Source: Acidobacteriota bacterium
GTDB taxonomy: Bacteria; Acidobacteriota; UBA6911
DNA length: 64,000 bases
NCBI GenBank assembly: GCA_963664705.1
Contig: OY761556.1
Coordinates: forward strand, 4,736,001 to 4,800,000
Direction of reading: 5' to 3'
Shown here: positions 29,361 to 39,090 of the stretch, in pieces
Layout of the letters: every line of letters starts with the position of its first letter
Position numbering within the stretch: position 1 is the stretch's first letter
The notes under the pieces: generated by a model
The model's input: only the letters and a program-made list of their open reading frames with translations
Database searches by the model: none
Told to the model about the DNA's origin: nothing
Position numbers and translations under genes: made by a program

Positions 29361-29933
29361 ATGAAAAACAGATTAATGATAGCTGCAATTGCGCTGTTGG
29401 GATTGATGGTCGCGGTAGGCCTCCAGCCTGTCATGGCGCAGGAAAACACGCCCACGAATCCGGTTGCCGTAAAGGTGCCGCTGAAATCGATGGTCGAACT
29501 CGGGTCGGTGTATACCAACATCTATGACATCACGATCACGGTACTTGAAACTGTTCGAGGCAATGCAGCGCTTGAACAGCTCAAGGCGGCGGATCCGAAT
29601 GTCAAAGCGCCGGCAGCGGGCTTTGATTACGTGCTGGCACGCGTCAAGTTCGAACTCAAGGGGCGCTATGTCAGCGACAACCTGTCGTTTGATCTCGGAA
29701 CCGAACCGCTGCAGTGGGTTTTGCTGTCGGGCGCGGATCTGACGGAATATGACCGGGTATCACTGACGGTTCCCAAGCCTGCGCTGGCAGGCATTGTGAA
29801 ACCCGCCGGTTCGATGGAAGGCTGGGTGGGCTTTGCCGTTTCTCAGAAAGACGCCAAGCCGGTGATGGTATTTGATCCGGATACCGGCGGCGCCACCGGG
29901 CGCGGCAAAACTCTCTTCTTCAAAATGTATTAG
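29361..29933 (+). CDS. Secreted Ig-like/DUF4352-like protein, operonic with the selenoprotein
   Basis: AGGAGG RBS at the upstream stop; signal peptide; TVLETVRG..A and EGWVGFAV. Confidence 0.75.
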   Translation: MKNRLMIAAIALLGLMVAVGLQPVMAQENTPTNPVAVKVPLKSMVELGSVYTNIYDITITVLETVRGNAALEQLKAADPNVKAPAAGFDYVLARVKFELKGRYVSDNLSFDLGTEPLQWVLLSGADLTEYDRVSLTVPKPALAGIVKPAGSMEGWVGFAVSQKDAKPVMVFDPDTGGATGRGKTLFFKMY

Positions 29934-29947
29934 TTGCTGAAACAAAG

Positions 29948-29982
29948 AGGTTCGTGGCCAATAAAACATTGGCCACGAACCT
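29948..29982. terminator. Perfect hairpin between convergent genes
   Basis: AGGTTCGTGGCCAAT-aaaac-ATTGGCCACGAACCT (15-bp stem). Confidence 0.7.
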
Positions 29983-30078
29983 TACCCGCATTGCATCACC
30001 TCGTATATTTTTTGGCCGCCGCGTTGCAGGTCGGAATAATACCTGCCCTTCAATGCATGTCGAAACCGCCCAAAGGAA

Positions 30079-31029
30079 TCAGATAACCACTCCGGCAAGG
30101 ACTCTTGCGGATTCCAGCGATGTTCGATCAAGCTGCGGGTCGATCTGCAAAACCCGCGGATTCTGCCGCTGCTCTCGAGGCACCTCCCCCCGCACGCCCG
30201 GACCGATGAGGTAGTAATCATACTCGGAGCTGCCGAACAGCTTATTCAGGTTCGGTATCTTTTTGATTGAGCTTGAATGAATGCTGACATCTGAAGATGT
30301 CACGAGGTTTCGTATCTGCTCCACCATGTAGTGAACCCTGTGTACAGGCTGTGGCTGGTGGAGAAGCAATACGGATGAGTTGGAACGTATCTCCGCCAGC
30401 AAATGGATTGTTTGAGCAGAAGCGCGGACTTCAACAGGAATAATCTCAGCCTTTTTGCCGGACACCATCGAACGGGCATATTCGTACAAAATGTGATTGA
30501 CGATTATTTTGGGAGTTGCATGACCCCTGGCGACGCTCTCCTTTAATGCCCGGAAGGTCAGCCCTTTAACCGGCACTTTCCATAGCTGCGATATTTCCGC
30601 GGCAGCCTGGGTTGCGATTTCCTCATGAATATCCACAAAAGAAATGAGCGGAGCTTTGCGTTCGCTCTCCTGGGCATGCCGGCTGAGGTACCGGGCAAAA
30701 GCTGTCGGCGATATGCCCATCTGACGGGCTCGGGCCGTGATCTTCTCACTCAGCTTAAAACAGCTTTCATTGATGGATCGCGGAGATTCTGTTGCGGTCT
30801 TGATCACGCTTCCTTTGCCGCGCATCAGAGCAATCAGACCGGATCTTCTCAAGGCCAGGTAAGCCTTGTGTATCTGGCTGTGGTGAATGCCCGTCTGTTT
30901 CTCAATATCACGAATTGAAGGCAAGGTATCGCCGTTCCGAAGGATTCCCATCATTACGGCAAACTTGATCTGTTCCTCGATCTGGTTGACTACGGGAGTA
31001 GGACTATTTTTCTCGATGTAAAATTCCAT
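30079..31029 (-). CDS. GntR family transcriptional regulator
   Basis: QIEEQIKFAVMMGILRNGDTLPSIRDI...GKGS winged HTH; start MEFYIE with GGAGG RBS. Confidence 0.9.
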   Translation of the reverse strand: MEFYIEKNSPTPVVNQIEEQIKFAVMMGILRNGDTLPSIRDIEKQTGIHHSQIHKAYLALRRSGLIALMRGKGSVIKTATESPRSINESCFKLSEKITARARQMGISPTAFARYLSRHAQESERKAPLISFVDIHEEIATQAAAEISQLWKVPVKGLTFRALKESVARGHATPKIIVNHILYEYARSMVSGKKAEIIPVEVRASAQTIHLLAEIRSNSSVLLLHQPQPVHRVHYMVEQIRNLVTSSDVSIHSSSIKKIPNLNKLFGSSEYDYYLIGPGVRGEVPREQRQNPRVLQIDPQLDRTSLESARVLAGVVI

Positions 31030-31082
31030 CCTTCGCCTCCTGAGATAACTGCCCCCAATTATGAACTTACTCCCTCTAAATT

Positions 31083-31596
31083 CCAGATTGCAGATTTCAG
31101 ATTCCAGACTAAGGCCGGGTAAATAGTAACCCAGGCCTATTTCCATGGATGCGTCTTTGCGTGCGCACTTGCCCGCACGATGGTTTCCATCCGCATGGAA
31201 TCATACTTGGAATTTGCTATCCGGGAGCAATTTTCCCAGGCCCTCCCAGATTGCAGATTTCAGATTCCAGACTAAGGCCGGGTAAATAGTAACCCAGGCC
31301 TATTTCCATGGATGCGTCTTTGCGTGCGCACTTGCCCGCACGATGGTTTCCATCCGCATGGAATCATACTTGGAATTTGCAATCCGGGAGCAATTTTCCC
31401 AAGCCCTCCCAGATTGCAGATTTCAAGATTCCAGATTGCAGATTCCAGATTTCAGACTAAGACTGGGGACATAGTAGCCCCGGCCTATTTCCATGGATGC
31501 TTCTTTGCGTGCGCACTTGCCCGCACGATGGTTTCCATCCGCATGGAATCATACTTGGAATTTGCTATCCGGGAGCAATTTTCCCAAGCCCTCCCA
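31083..31596. repeat. Three tandem 163-185 bp multi-hairpin repeats separated by heptamer runs
   Basis: ACTAAG anchors at 31108, 31271 and 31456; copies 1 and 2 nearly identical; (TT[C/G/T]CAGA)n linkers. Confidence 0.95.
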
Positions 31597-31652
31597 TATT
31601 CGGGAGAGCCTGGGATGTTGCGGGTTGACTGAAAAACAACGCAGGCACCGAT

Positions 31653-34600
31653 TTAGAAATTGAAACGTATCTTTGCCTGGAAAGTGCGGCTACCTACCTT
31701 TGTGCCCAGGTATCCGAATGGGGTTGTATTCCCATTGATGCTCAGCGCCGGCAAATTAGCGAAGTAAATGCGTGTACTTGCTGAGTTCACCGTCTGCGAA
31801 GGCTGCGCGTGGTTAAAAATGTTCGTTGCATCCACACGTATCTGCACGCCCTTGGTTTCGCTGATCCGAAGCGATTTGCTCATCGCCATATCGACGTTCC
31901 AGGTTGGCGGACCATAGAACCGGTTCTGTCCAAAATTGCCTCGTTGCCCCGGCAGCGGGTTTTGAAAGACAATGTTGCCCTGCGGGTCTTTAAGGGCAAA
32001 AAGACCGGTGCAGGCCGCCTGCAGGTTATCCTTGGTTGTAACATTTGCCTTCTGAGGATCATCGACGGAAGTGAAATAGTTGCCGAAATAGTTGCCCTCC
32101 TTTGCACCGGGTTCCCAATAAACCCCGATCTTGTCCCGTGGGAACGCACCGACCAGATCAGGTACGCCGGTCCCATAGAGCATGTTAAAGGCCGTGACAT
32201 TCGCCGGGCTTCCGCTGCTCACATTGACAATCCAGCTCGCCTGCCAGTTCTCCAGGAATCGAGCCAACGCTCCGGTGCTGTTTTTAAACAAAAATTTGCT
32301 TGGGCCGATCGGCAGATCAAAGTTCCCATAGGAGGTAAACACATGCGGGCGGTCGCTCCCCAAAACCGTGTAATCCCCTGCGCGATTCAGCGGATCCGTG
32401 TATGCGGTGCCCGGATTGCCCAGATTCTTGCTCCACGTATAAGACATCTGGAAGCTGAAGCCGGCAACCGGCCGCATGGTGACCTGCGCCTGCATGGAGT
32501 GATAATTCGCCGTTCCCCAGTTTGTATAAAGGTTCACGGTTCCAAACTGCGGGTTGGTAACAATGAAATTTTCAGGCAGCCCGGCCGTCCGAAGCAGCCA
32601 TCCGTTGTCCGTGACGCCTCTGGGCGCATTGGGATTGGCCCAGCTGCTGATCGTGCTGGCAAGAACCGAGTAGTTCCCGTTGGCAAGCGCAGTTCGCACG
32701 GCAGGTCTTCCGGTGGGGTTGCGCAGATAAGCCGCTCCTGATTTTTCGCCCCTGACCGGAGCAAAAATCTGGTCCAGCAGCTTCGCGGACGGATTTGAAT
32801 CATCCCCGTAGCGCGCTGCGTTAAAGGCATCGAGCAGCCCGTTGGTCATGAAATTGGGAGTGTTGAGGTTGAAGAAATTCGAGTTCTTCCGCGTTAGGGT
32901 GCCGACATAGCGGACGTCAACGGTCAGGTGAGATCCGATATTCCGAGTCAGCGCAAGCGTCAGATTCTGAATGTACGGAGTCACAAAATTGGGATCATAG
33001 ACAGAGATGGTCTGAGTCCGGTCCGTGAGCGGGATAGTCGCCATCGGTTTCGCCGTTGTCGGTACGGGGACAACGCTCGATACGCTGGCCAGATCCAGAT
33101 AGACATTGCTTGGAGTATAGGTAGCCGACGCCGTGCTTCCAGGCGGGTTTGCGATGATTCCCTCAGAGGTCGTGTTGGTCTGACCGCCTCCGACGAAACT
33201 GATCTGATATCCGCCGCGCAGGGTGGTTCTGCCTTTCCCAAACCACGGTAAAGCCCAGGAAAATCCAATGGCGGGACCAAAGTTGTTCAGGTCCTTTGAA
33301 TAGACGCCCTGATCGGGGTGATCGGAGTCGGGTCCGACAAAAATCAGTTCCGACATATCGGATCGTACTCCCGGTTTCCAGAAGGCTTCCTCCCAGTTGC
33401 GCCCCGAGATTCCGTAGGCAGCATTACCCCCGCCTTTCAGGCCGGCGGTAAGACCGTTCTTAAGAAACGGCACGCCATAATACTCATAGCGCAAGCCGAG
33501 GTTGAGCGTGAGGTTTTCGTGCACTTTCCAATCGTCTTTGACGAAGAATGAAATTTCCTTCTGACGAATATCCCGGATTTTTTGTTCCTGACCCAGGGGA
33601 TCATTCCACGCGCTGACGCTATTGGCTGTATTGATAAAATAGAGCTGGCTTACCGATGCCAGCGAACCGGAAAAGAAGTTCAGGAGGTTCTGCATCAATT
33701 GTTGGCTTCCGGTGGTCTGGGTCCCGGCCAGTCCGGGCATATTGGTGCTGTTGATTCCCTGCACCGCGAGCCCCACGGGATCTCCGCCGGTAGCATACGG
33801 ATTGATGTTCATGCCCCAGTTGGTGCCATAAACGGTGGATTGGGTTCTGTTCAATCGCAGCTCGAAACCACCCTTTAGCAGATGCTGCCCTTTGATCCAG
33901 GTAAGATTGTCGGCATAGGTCCACCGTGGACTGAGATCTTTATTTGTCCATCCCAACAGCGCGCCTCTGCCGCCAAAGAAATTGCTCGAAGCTACGGCAA
34001 ATTGTGCCCCTCCCGCTCCCGGGCTGATGACCAGGGGAAGTCCGTTTACTTTTGGAAGCTTGGCCAGGAGTTCTTTGCCGGTCTCTGGATTTTCCAGAGG
34101 GAAATACCCGTTGTTTCCCGTCCTCATCAAACCAAACCTGGCTTCATTAAGCAGCGCAGCGCTGAGCGTAGAGTTCAGGTTTACCGTTATGACCTGGGGC
34201 TGCCGCTCCGTCCGGCCGCCATAGCCGTTGGGCCAGACTTTGAAATTATTGTCAGCCCACGTCTTCTCAAGGCTCCAGGCCACATTGACCCTGTGCTTAT
34301 TGTTGAATATGTGGTCCACCTTGAGGTTGATCTGCTTCCGCTGGTTATCTTCGCCGATTCCATACATATTGTCCGCGCCGCGCGTTCCGCGCGTCCATCG
34401 GGCGCCAGCTGTATTCAGGCCGTCTGTGCCGGATAAAACATAATTGTTAGCGGCGGGCATCTGATTCAAAAAGCCCTCTATGAACCCGGTCGTGTCCACC
34501 TTCGTCCGATAAGGATCCCACGGCGACCCGCTTTTGATATCTGTGGCAGCGGTGAAATCGGAACAATCATTGGTCTTCGGTATTTTCAAAAGAGGACCAA

Positions 34601-35777
34601 AGATGCTCGCATAGCGGACGATGCCGTTATGCGGCTGCCAATTGGACAGGTGATTGCCTTTGGAATCGAGCATTGAAGGCTGCAGGGCCGGCGGTGTAAT
34701 GGGATTTCCGGCCGAATCCACGGTGGCAAAGGTGGCCGTCCCGGTAACGGTCAGCGTCTGATCCGCATAGCCATTATTCCAGTTGTCAAAGTAGCGGAAG
34801 ATCCCTTTGCGCGCACAAGGCGTCAATGCCAGCGCGTTATAGGAATCCCGAAGCCGCGCGATCTGTCCGTCAAACAGACCGAAAAAGAATGTTTTGTTCT
34901 TGATGATTGGTCCACCCAGGCTAAGCGTGTACTGGTTCAGATTGCGCCAGGGAGGAACAACGGATTTGCGATTATTGTCCCACTGGTTGGAGTCCAGCGC
35001 CGAATTCTGGATATTCCATACTCCGGCGCCATGGTATGCGTTTGTCCCGGACTTCGTTAAAACCTGGACCTGCGCATTTCCTCGTCCCATTTCAGCATCA
35101 ACAGGCGAGAGCACCATGCGGAACTCACCGACCATATCAGGATTGATCTGAGTGGGCGAATGAATGCCGGCCGGGTATCTCACATCGCTGATATCGACGC
35201 CGTCACGCTGCAGGTTCAGATTGCCTACGCTGACTCCGCCCACGGTCGTGTCGTTTGCATTGAATACGGCATTCCCCGCAACCGGCACATAGCCGGACAT
35301 GGTCCGGACGAGATCGAGCGCGTTATTGTTTACCAGCGGCAACTCTTTCACGGCTTTTTCAGCCAGCACATCGCCGGTAGAGGAACTTGATTCCAGGATC
35401 AGCCGTTCGGCGGCCACGTTAACCTCGACATCCTGGTTGAGCCCGGCGACCTGCAGCTTGCAATTCAAACGGACCTGAGCGGCATTACCAAGCTGAACAT
35501 CCGTGTAGGTCTGAAGTTGAAACCCGGGCTTTTCCACGGTCACTTTGTAACCCCCGGGAAGCAGGCTGGGAAGGTTGTATATTCCGGCAGTGTTGCTGAC
35601 AGCCGTATTGACAACTCCCGTGGCCGCATTCGTTGCTTTTATCGTTGCACCCGGCACAATGGCGCCTGTCGCGTCCAAAACTGTGCCGCTCAAACTGGCA
35701 GCGCTGGACTGGCTGAATGCCGATGCGCAGAAAAGAAGAGAAATCATCAATACTATCGCGACGCAATACCGCATCAT
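31653..35777 (-). CDS. Oar-like TonB-dependent receptor with N-terminal carboxypeptidase-regulatory-like domain
   Basis: Signal peptide MMRYC; LSGTVLDATGA; TKSGTNAYHG; LGLRYEY; C-terminal RTFQAKIRFNF. Confidence 0.93.
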   Translation of the reverse strand: MMRYCVAIVLMISLLFCASAFSQSSAASLSGTVLDATGAIVPGATIKATNAATGVVNTAVSNTAGIYNLPSLLPGGYKVTVEKPGFQLQTYTDVQLGNAAQVRLNCKLQVAGLNQDVEVNVAAERLILESSSSTGDVLAEKAVKELPLVNNNALDLVRTMSGYVPVAGNAVFNANDTTVGGVSVGNLNLQRDGVDISDVRYPAGIHSPTQINPDMVGEFRMVLSPVDAEMGRGNAQVQVLTKSGTNAYHGAGVWNIQNSALDSNQWDNNRKSVVPPWRNLNQYTLSLGGPIIKNKTFFFGLFDGQIARLRDSYNALALTPCARKGIFRYFDNWNNGYADQTLTVTGTATFATVDSAGNPITPPALQPSMLDSKGNHLSNWQPHNGIVRYASIFGPLLKIPKTNDCSDFTAATDIKSGSPWDPYRTKVDTTGFIEGFLNQMPAANNYVLSGTDGLNTAGARWTRGTRGADNMYGIGEDNQRKQINLKVDHIFNNKHRVNVAWSLEKTWADNNFKVWPNGYGGRTERQPQVITVNLNSTLSAALLNEARFGLMRTGNNGYFPLENPETGKELLAKLPKVNGLPLVISPGAGGAQFAVASSNFFGGRGALLGWTNKDLSPRWTYADNLTWIKGQHLLKGGFELRLNRTQSTVYGTNWGMNINPYATGGDPVGLAVQGINSTNMPGLAGTQTTGSQQLMQNLLNFFSGSLASVSQLYFINTANSVSAWNDPLGQEQKIRDIRQKEISFFVKDDWKVHENLTLNLGLRYEYYGVPFLKNGLTAGLKGGGNAAYGISGRNWEEAFWKPGVRSDMSELIFVGPDSDHPDQGVYSKDLNNFGPAIGFSWALPWFGKGRTTLRGGYQISFVGGGQTNTTSEGIIANPPGSTASATYTPSNVYLDLASVSSVVPVPTTAKPMATIPLTDRTQTISVYDPNFVTPYIQNLTLALTRNIGSHLTVDVRYVGTLTRKNSNFFNLNTPNFMTNGLLDAFNAARYGDDSNPSAKLLDQIFAPVRGEKSGAAYLRNPTGRPAVRTALANGNYSVLASTISSWANPNAPRGVTDNGWLLRTAGLPENFIVTNPQFGTVNLYTNWGTANYHSMQAQVTMRPVAGFSFQMSYTWSKNLGNPGTAYTDPLNRAGDYTVLGSDRPHVFTSYGNFDLPIGPSKFLFKNSTGALARFLENWQASWIVNVSSGSPANVTAFNMLYGTGVPDLVGAFPRDKIGVYWEPGAKEGNYFGNYFTSVDDPQKANVTTKDNLQAACTGLFALKDPQGNIVFQNPLPGQRGNFGQNRFYGPPTWNVDMAMSKSLRISETKGVQIRVDATNIFNHAQPSQTVNSASTRIYFANLPALSINGNTTPFGYLGTKVGSRTFQAKIRFNF

Positions 35778-35995
35778 GGTTTTTTCCTTCGATCCACAAG
35801 CCGGGTCGCCCATTCCACTGCCTGGCGGTTCCCGGGAAAATCTGAGTTTGTTTCGCGTACCTCTCTGACGAATGCGGCGGGACATCCGAATACCTATGGC
35901 CATTCGCCGGTTTCGCTTAATGACAAGCCGAAGAACTGTGTCCCCCGGGTTCATTTGGCTCATCCAGTTACGCTTTCTGGAAATGCTTTGAAGGA

Positions 35996-36049
35996 AGTAT
36001 CATTTTTCACTGTGGAAATTGTCAAGACGATTGTTTCTATTTAGAAACA
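35996..36049 (-). promoter_or_regulatory. Promoter of the TonB receptor-gntR unit with adjacent palindromic operator
   Basis: Minus-strand TTGACA (36025-36020), 18 bp, GATACT; perfect TGTTTCTA-TT-TAGAAACA at 36032-36049. Confidence 0.55.
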
Positions 36050-36248
36050 GTTGTTTTGTTTTCTATACTATTCTTATCCATGCGGCTTCCACGGCTTCGC
36101 CGGGAATGCAGCTCCCCGACGCCCGCCTCTCGAAGACAAGCTCCCCTCGGGGCCATAAGGTATCTCTTGCCGTTTCCGCAGAATGGCTAAAGAATGTCAT
36201 TGGGCTTTGAAGGGAAATCGCGCTGATTTATCCGATAGGAGAGGATTC

Positions 36249-37082
36249 ATGCCGGCACCGCAAACTGCGACGCTTTACAACACCGCTATTTTGAAGTTCC
36301 AGAGTTTTCAGATTCAACTGCCTGCCACGCCGGTGGTGCAAGTACCGCTGACCAGGCTTTCAGCTCAGCCGATTTCAAAAGTATCTGCGCCGGCTCCCTC
36401 GGGGCCGGAACTGTTCCGGCCGGCTTCAAGCCGTTCCCAGGATATTGACCGGCAGCGTCAATTGAACAGCCAATATGCAAAGCTGTTCCAGGGCATGAGC
36501 ACGGGCATCGTTGCGGCCTGGCAGCTCTTTCACGCCTTCGCAATCCTGAAGGATGTTCTCATCAACGGCCCCACCGCTGTCGCAGGGCAGATCCTTTGCC
36601 CAAATCTGGAAATGATCGTGGTCGCCCAATCGATCGATGCAGGAACAGGTTTGCAGGAAATGGAAATCCGTAAACAGGTCGCCAAGACTTTCTGGACCAA
36701 TTGGCAGCAGACGATGAATACAGTGATTGTGCCGGGTTTGCCGTGGTATCCCTCGTTCGTTGCCGTGCCCTCGCCAGTCGCACCGCCCACGCCCAATACG
36801 CCCATGCCCTTCGCGGCTCTAACCAGAAATAGCCTGTTTATGACAAAGTCCTGGCTGACGATGGGCCTTACCAATGCCCTCCAAGGCAAGCTGGACTATT
36901 CCGGGCAATTCAGTGAAGCGCTGGCAACGAGTATCGAGTCCGTTTTCAACCAATGGGTCCTGCAGACAATGGTGACGCAGGTCCTGGGCACGGGTCCCGT
37001 TCCAACCTTCGCCCCACCCTACGTGCCGGTGGGACCGGTTGTGGGCGGTACCGGAACCATGGTTCCGGGCGGTTTTGTCTAA
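36249..37082 (+). CDS. Pro-rich hypothetical protein
   Basis: AGGAG RBS; VPGLPWYPSF and LGTGPVPTFAPPYVPVGPVVGG low-polarity motifs. Confidence 0.7.
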   Translation: MPAPQTATLYNTAILKFQSFQIQLPATPVVQVPLTRLSAQPISKVSAPAPSGPELFRPASSRSQDIDRQRQLNSQYAKLFQGMSTGIVAAWQLFHAFAILKDVLINGPTAVAGQILCPNLEMIVVAQSIDAGTGLQEMEIRKQVAKTFWTNWQQTMNTVIVPGLPWYPSFVAVPSPVAPPTPNTPMPFAALTRNSLFMTKSWLTMGLTNALQGKLDYSGQFSEALATSIESVFNQWVLQTMVTQVLGTGPVPTFAPPYVPVGPVVGGTGTMVPGGFV

Positions 37083-37102
37083 AATACGCAGCAGGCGCTC
37101 CC

Positions 37103-38527
37103 TCAGGCTTTTCGAATAAACTCGATTCGATAATTAGCCTCGGGGTGCCGCTGGGAAGGACCTGCGACCAGGACTGCCAGTGACCCGGCAAGGCTTCCCT
37201 GCGCCAGCCATTGGGCTGTTTCCTTCCCCCAATCCTCCGGCTCCTGGCTGAATTCCACCGGAACCACGCCGTAGGAAAACAGCAGTCCCTGGCATACCGT
37301 TGCCTGGCGGCTGAACGCATAGATCGGGACATTCGGCTTGTAGCGCGAAATCATGCGCGCCGTATCGCCGCTATGAGTTGGGACAACCAGGCAATCGCAG
37401 GCGGCGGTTTCCAGAATGTGTTCCACAAAGCTCGAAATGGTTTCCGAGAAGTGAAGCGGATGCCGGGCGCGGCTGATGCGCTGCAGGTCTTCAATGCTGG
37501 CCCCGGAGCGGTGATTCTCGGTGGCGGCAGCAATCCGTGACAAAGTGGCAACCGCCTCTTCGGGAAATCTGCCCATGGCGGATTCGCCGGAGAGCATCAC
37601 ACAATCCGTCCCATCCAAAATGGCGTTCGCGACATCCGTGGCTTCAGCCCGCGTGGGAATCCTGGAGGCCATCATCGATTCCAGCATTTGTGTTGCGGTA
37701 ATAACAGGCTTGCCGGCAAGATTGGCTTTGGCAATCAGTTCCTTTTGCAAAACAGCCATCTGTTCGATCGGAACTTCCACGCCAAGATCGCCCCGGGCGA
37801 CCATGATTCCATCCGCGGCTTTGAGGATGTCGTCATAATTCTTCAGCGCACTGTAGCGCTCAATTTTGGCAATGATGAATGGATTCTTTCCCAGTGCCCG
37901 CGCGGCCGAGCGGACAGACTCAATATCGGAGGCGCTTTCCACAAAGGACTGGCTGACCGCATCCACATTATTGGCCAGCGCGAATTCCAGGCAAGCCCGA
38001 TCATGATCGGTAAAAGCGCTGATGCCAAGCGCGACTCCCGGCAGGTTCAGTCCTTTCTTCGAGCGTATCTCTCCGCCGACGGTAACGAGGCAATGCACAT
38101 CGGGTCCGACAACACCGGTCACTTCCAACTGTACCAGGCCATCGTTGAGATACAGCCGGTCCCCCGCTTTGACAACCTGGGAGAGCTTCTCAAAACTGAC
38201 GGAAGCCCGCGCCAGATTTCCAACGACGGGTTCAGTCGTCAACGTGAAGGAACTCCCCGCTTCAAGTTCAACCGGTTCGGGATCGATGTTCCCCAGGCGC
38301 ATTTTGGGACCGGGCAAATCCGCCATAATGGCAATCCGCATGCCCGTCCCCTGCATCGCATCCCGGATCTTCTTGATGCGCTCGGCATGTTGTTGAAAAT
38401 CGCCATGCGAAAAATTTAATCGTGCAATGTTCATGCCCGCCCGGATCAGTTTCTCCAGCATAGCCGAAGAATCGGACGCCGGCCCGATGGTGGCTACTAT
38501 CTTGGTGTTATGATTCAACCTCAGCAT
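37103..38527 (-). CDS. pyk: Pyruvate kinase
   Basis: TKIVATIGPAS, ARLNFSHG, IIAKIE, MVARGDLGVE, ATQMLESM, MLSGESA. Confidence 0.97.
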   Translation of the reverse strand: MLRLNHNTKIVATIGPASDSSAMLEKLIRAGMNIARLNFSHGDFQQHAERIKKIRDAMQGTGMRIAIMADLPGPKMRLGNIDPEPVELEAGSSFTLTTEPVVGNLARASVSFEKLSQVVKAGDRLYLNDGLVQLEVTGVVGPDVHCLVTVGGEIRSKKGLNLPGVALGISAFTDHDRACLEFALANNVDAVSQSFVESASDIESVRSAARALGKNPFIIAKIERYSALKNYDDILKAADGIMVARGDLGVEVPIEQMAVLQKELIAKANLAGKPVITATQMLESMMASRIPTRAEATDVANAILDGTDCVMLSGESAMGRFPEEAVATLSRIAAATENHRSGASIEDLQRISRARHPLHFSETISSFVEHILETAACDCLVVPTHSGDTARMISRYKPNVPIYAFSRQATVCQGLLFSYGVVPVEFSQEPEDWGKETAQWLAQGSLAGSLAVLVAGPSQRHPEANYRIEFIRKA

Positions 38528-38942
38528 AAATCTCCTCGGAGAAGCATCTGTCATTGCGTCAGAACCCATCTCGATGCAAAGGCCGGCCGGAAGGATATTT
38601 CACGAGCTTGCGGCGAAGCGATCTGTCTCCCGGCTGCTGTCCTTTATTGCCCTATCAATTTCGGCATCGCGGGAATTATGGGCATATTTGAAATCTTGTT
38701 CGGTTGATTTTGAATCGCCTGTCATGCTTGAGGGATTTGTCCTGCTGCAAAACTCCCCCGAATCTCTGCGCGCATAGCCCTAATCATACAATAACGGGGT
38801 TGGACCGAAGGAAGGTATTTGTTGCCAAATAGATATCCCATCCATACTCACCGGAAATCCGCCTCGAACGCGTTTTTCACAAAAGGCCGGCACCCATTCT
38901 GCAAGTCCGATAGGCAACAATGCTGGCACCTCGCGCATAGCT

Positions 38943-38995
38943 GTCACAGATTTGTGACCTATCGCTTGACAATGCAATGGCAACTTTTATAGCCT
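38943..38995 (+). promoter_or_regulatory. Sigma70 promoter with upstream palindrome for the flavoprotein gene
   Basis: GTCACA-gatt-TGTGAC (38943-38958); TTGACA at 38966; TATAGC/TAGCCT -10 candidate at 38988-38995. Confidence 0.5.
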
Positions 38996-39090
38996 GCCCC
39001 CGCGACCTTTTACACCTTGTGACACAGGCATAGCTTTGTAGCGGACCTCATCCATCATTAGCAATACCCGTCAGGGAAAAGGAAGAAAAT

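Noticed and set aside
30079-31146. Extended N-termini in the ORF track (also 201..1208, 22200..23444, 31653..35963, 59476..60624)
   Set aside because: Downstream starts fit better: most have an RBS and begin at a signal peptide or domain boundary (cheR start remains uncertain); the gntR extension runs into the repeat array
31083-31596. CRISPR array
   Set aside because: Whole units are repeated with no unique spacers, the unit is far too long, and there are no cas genes
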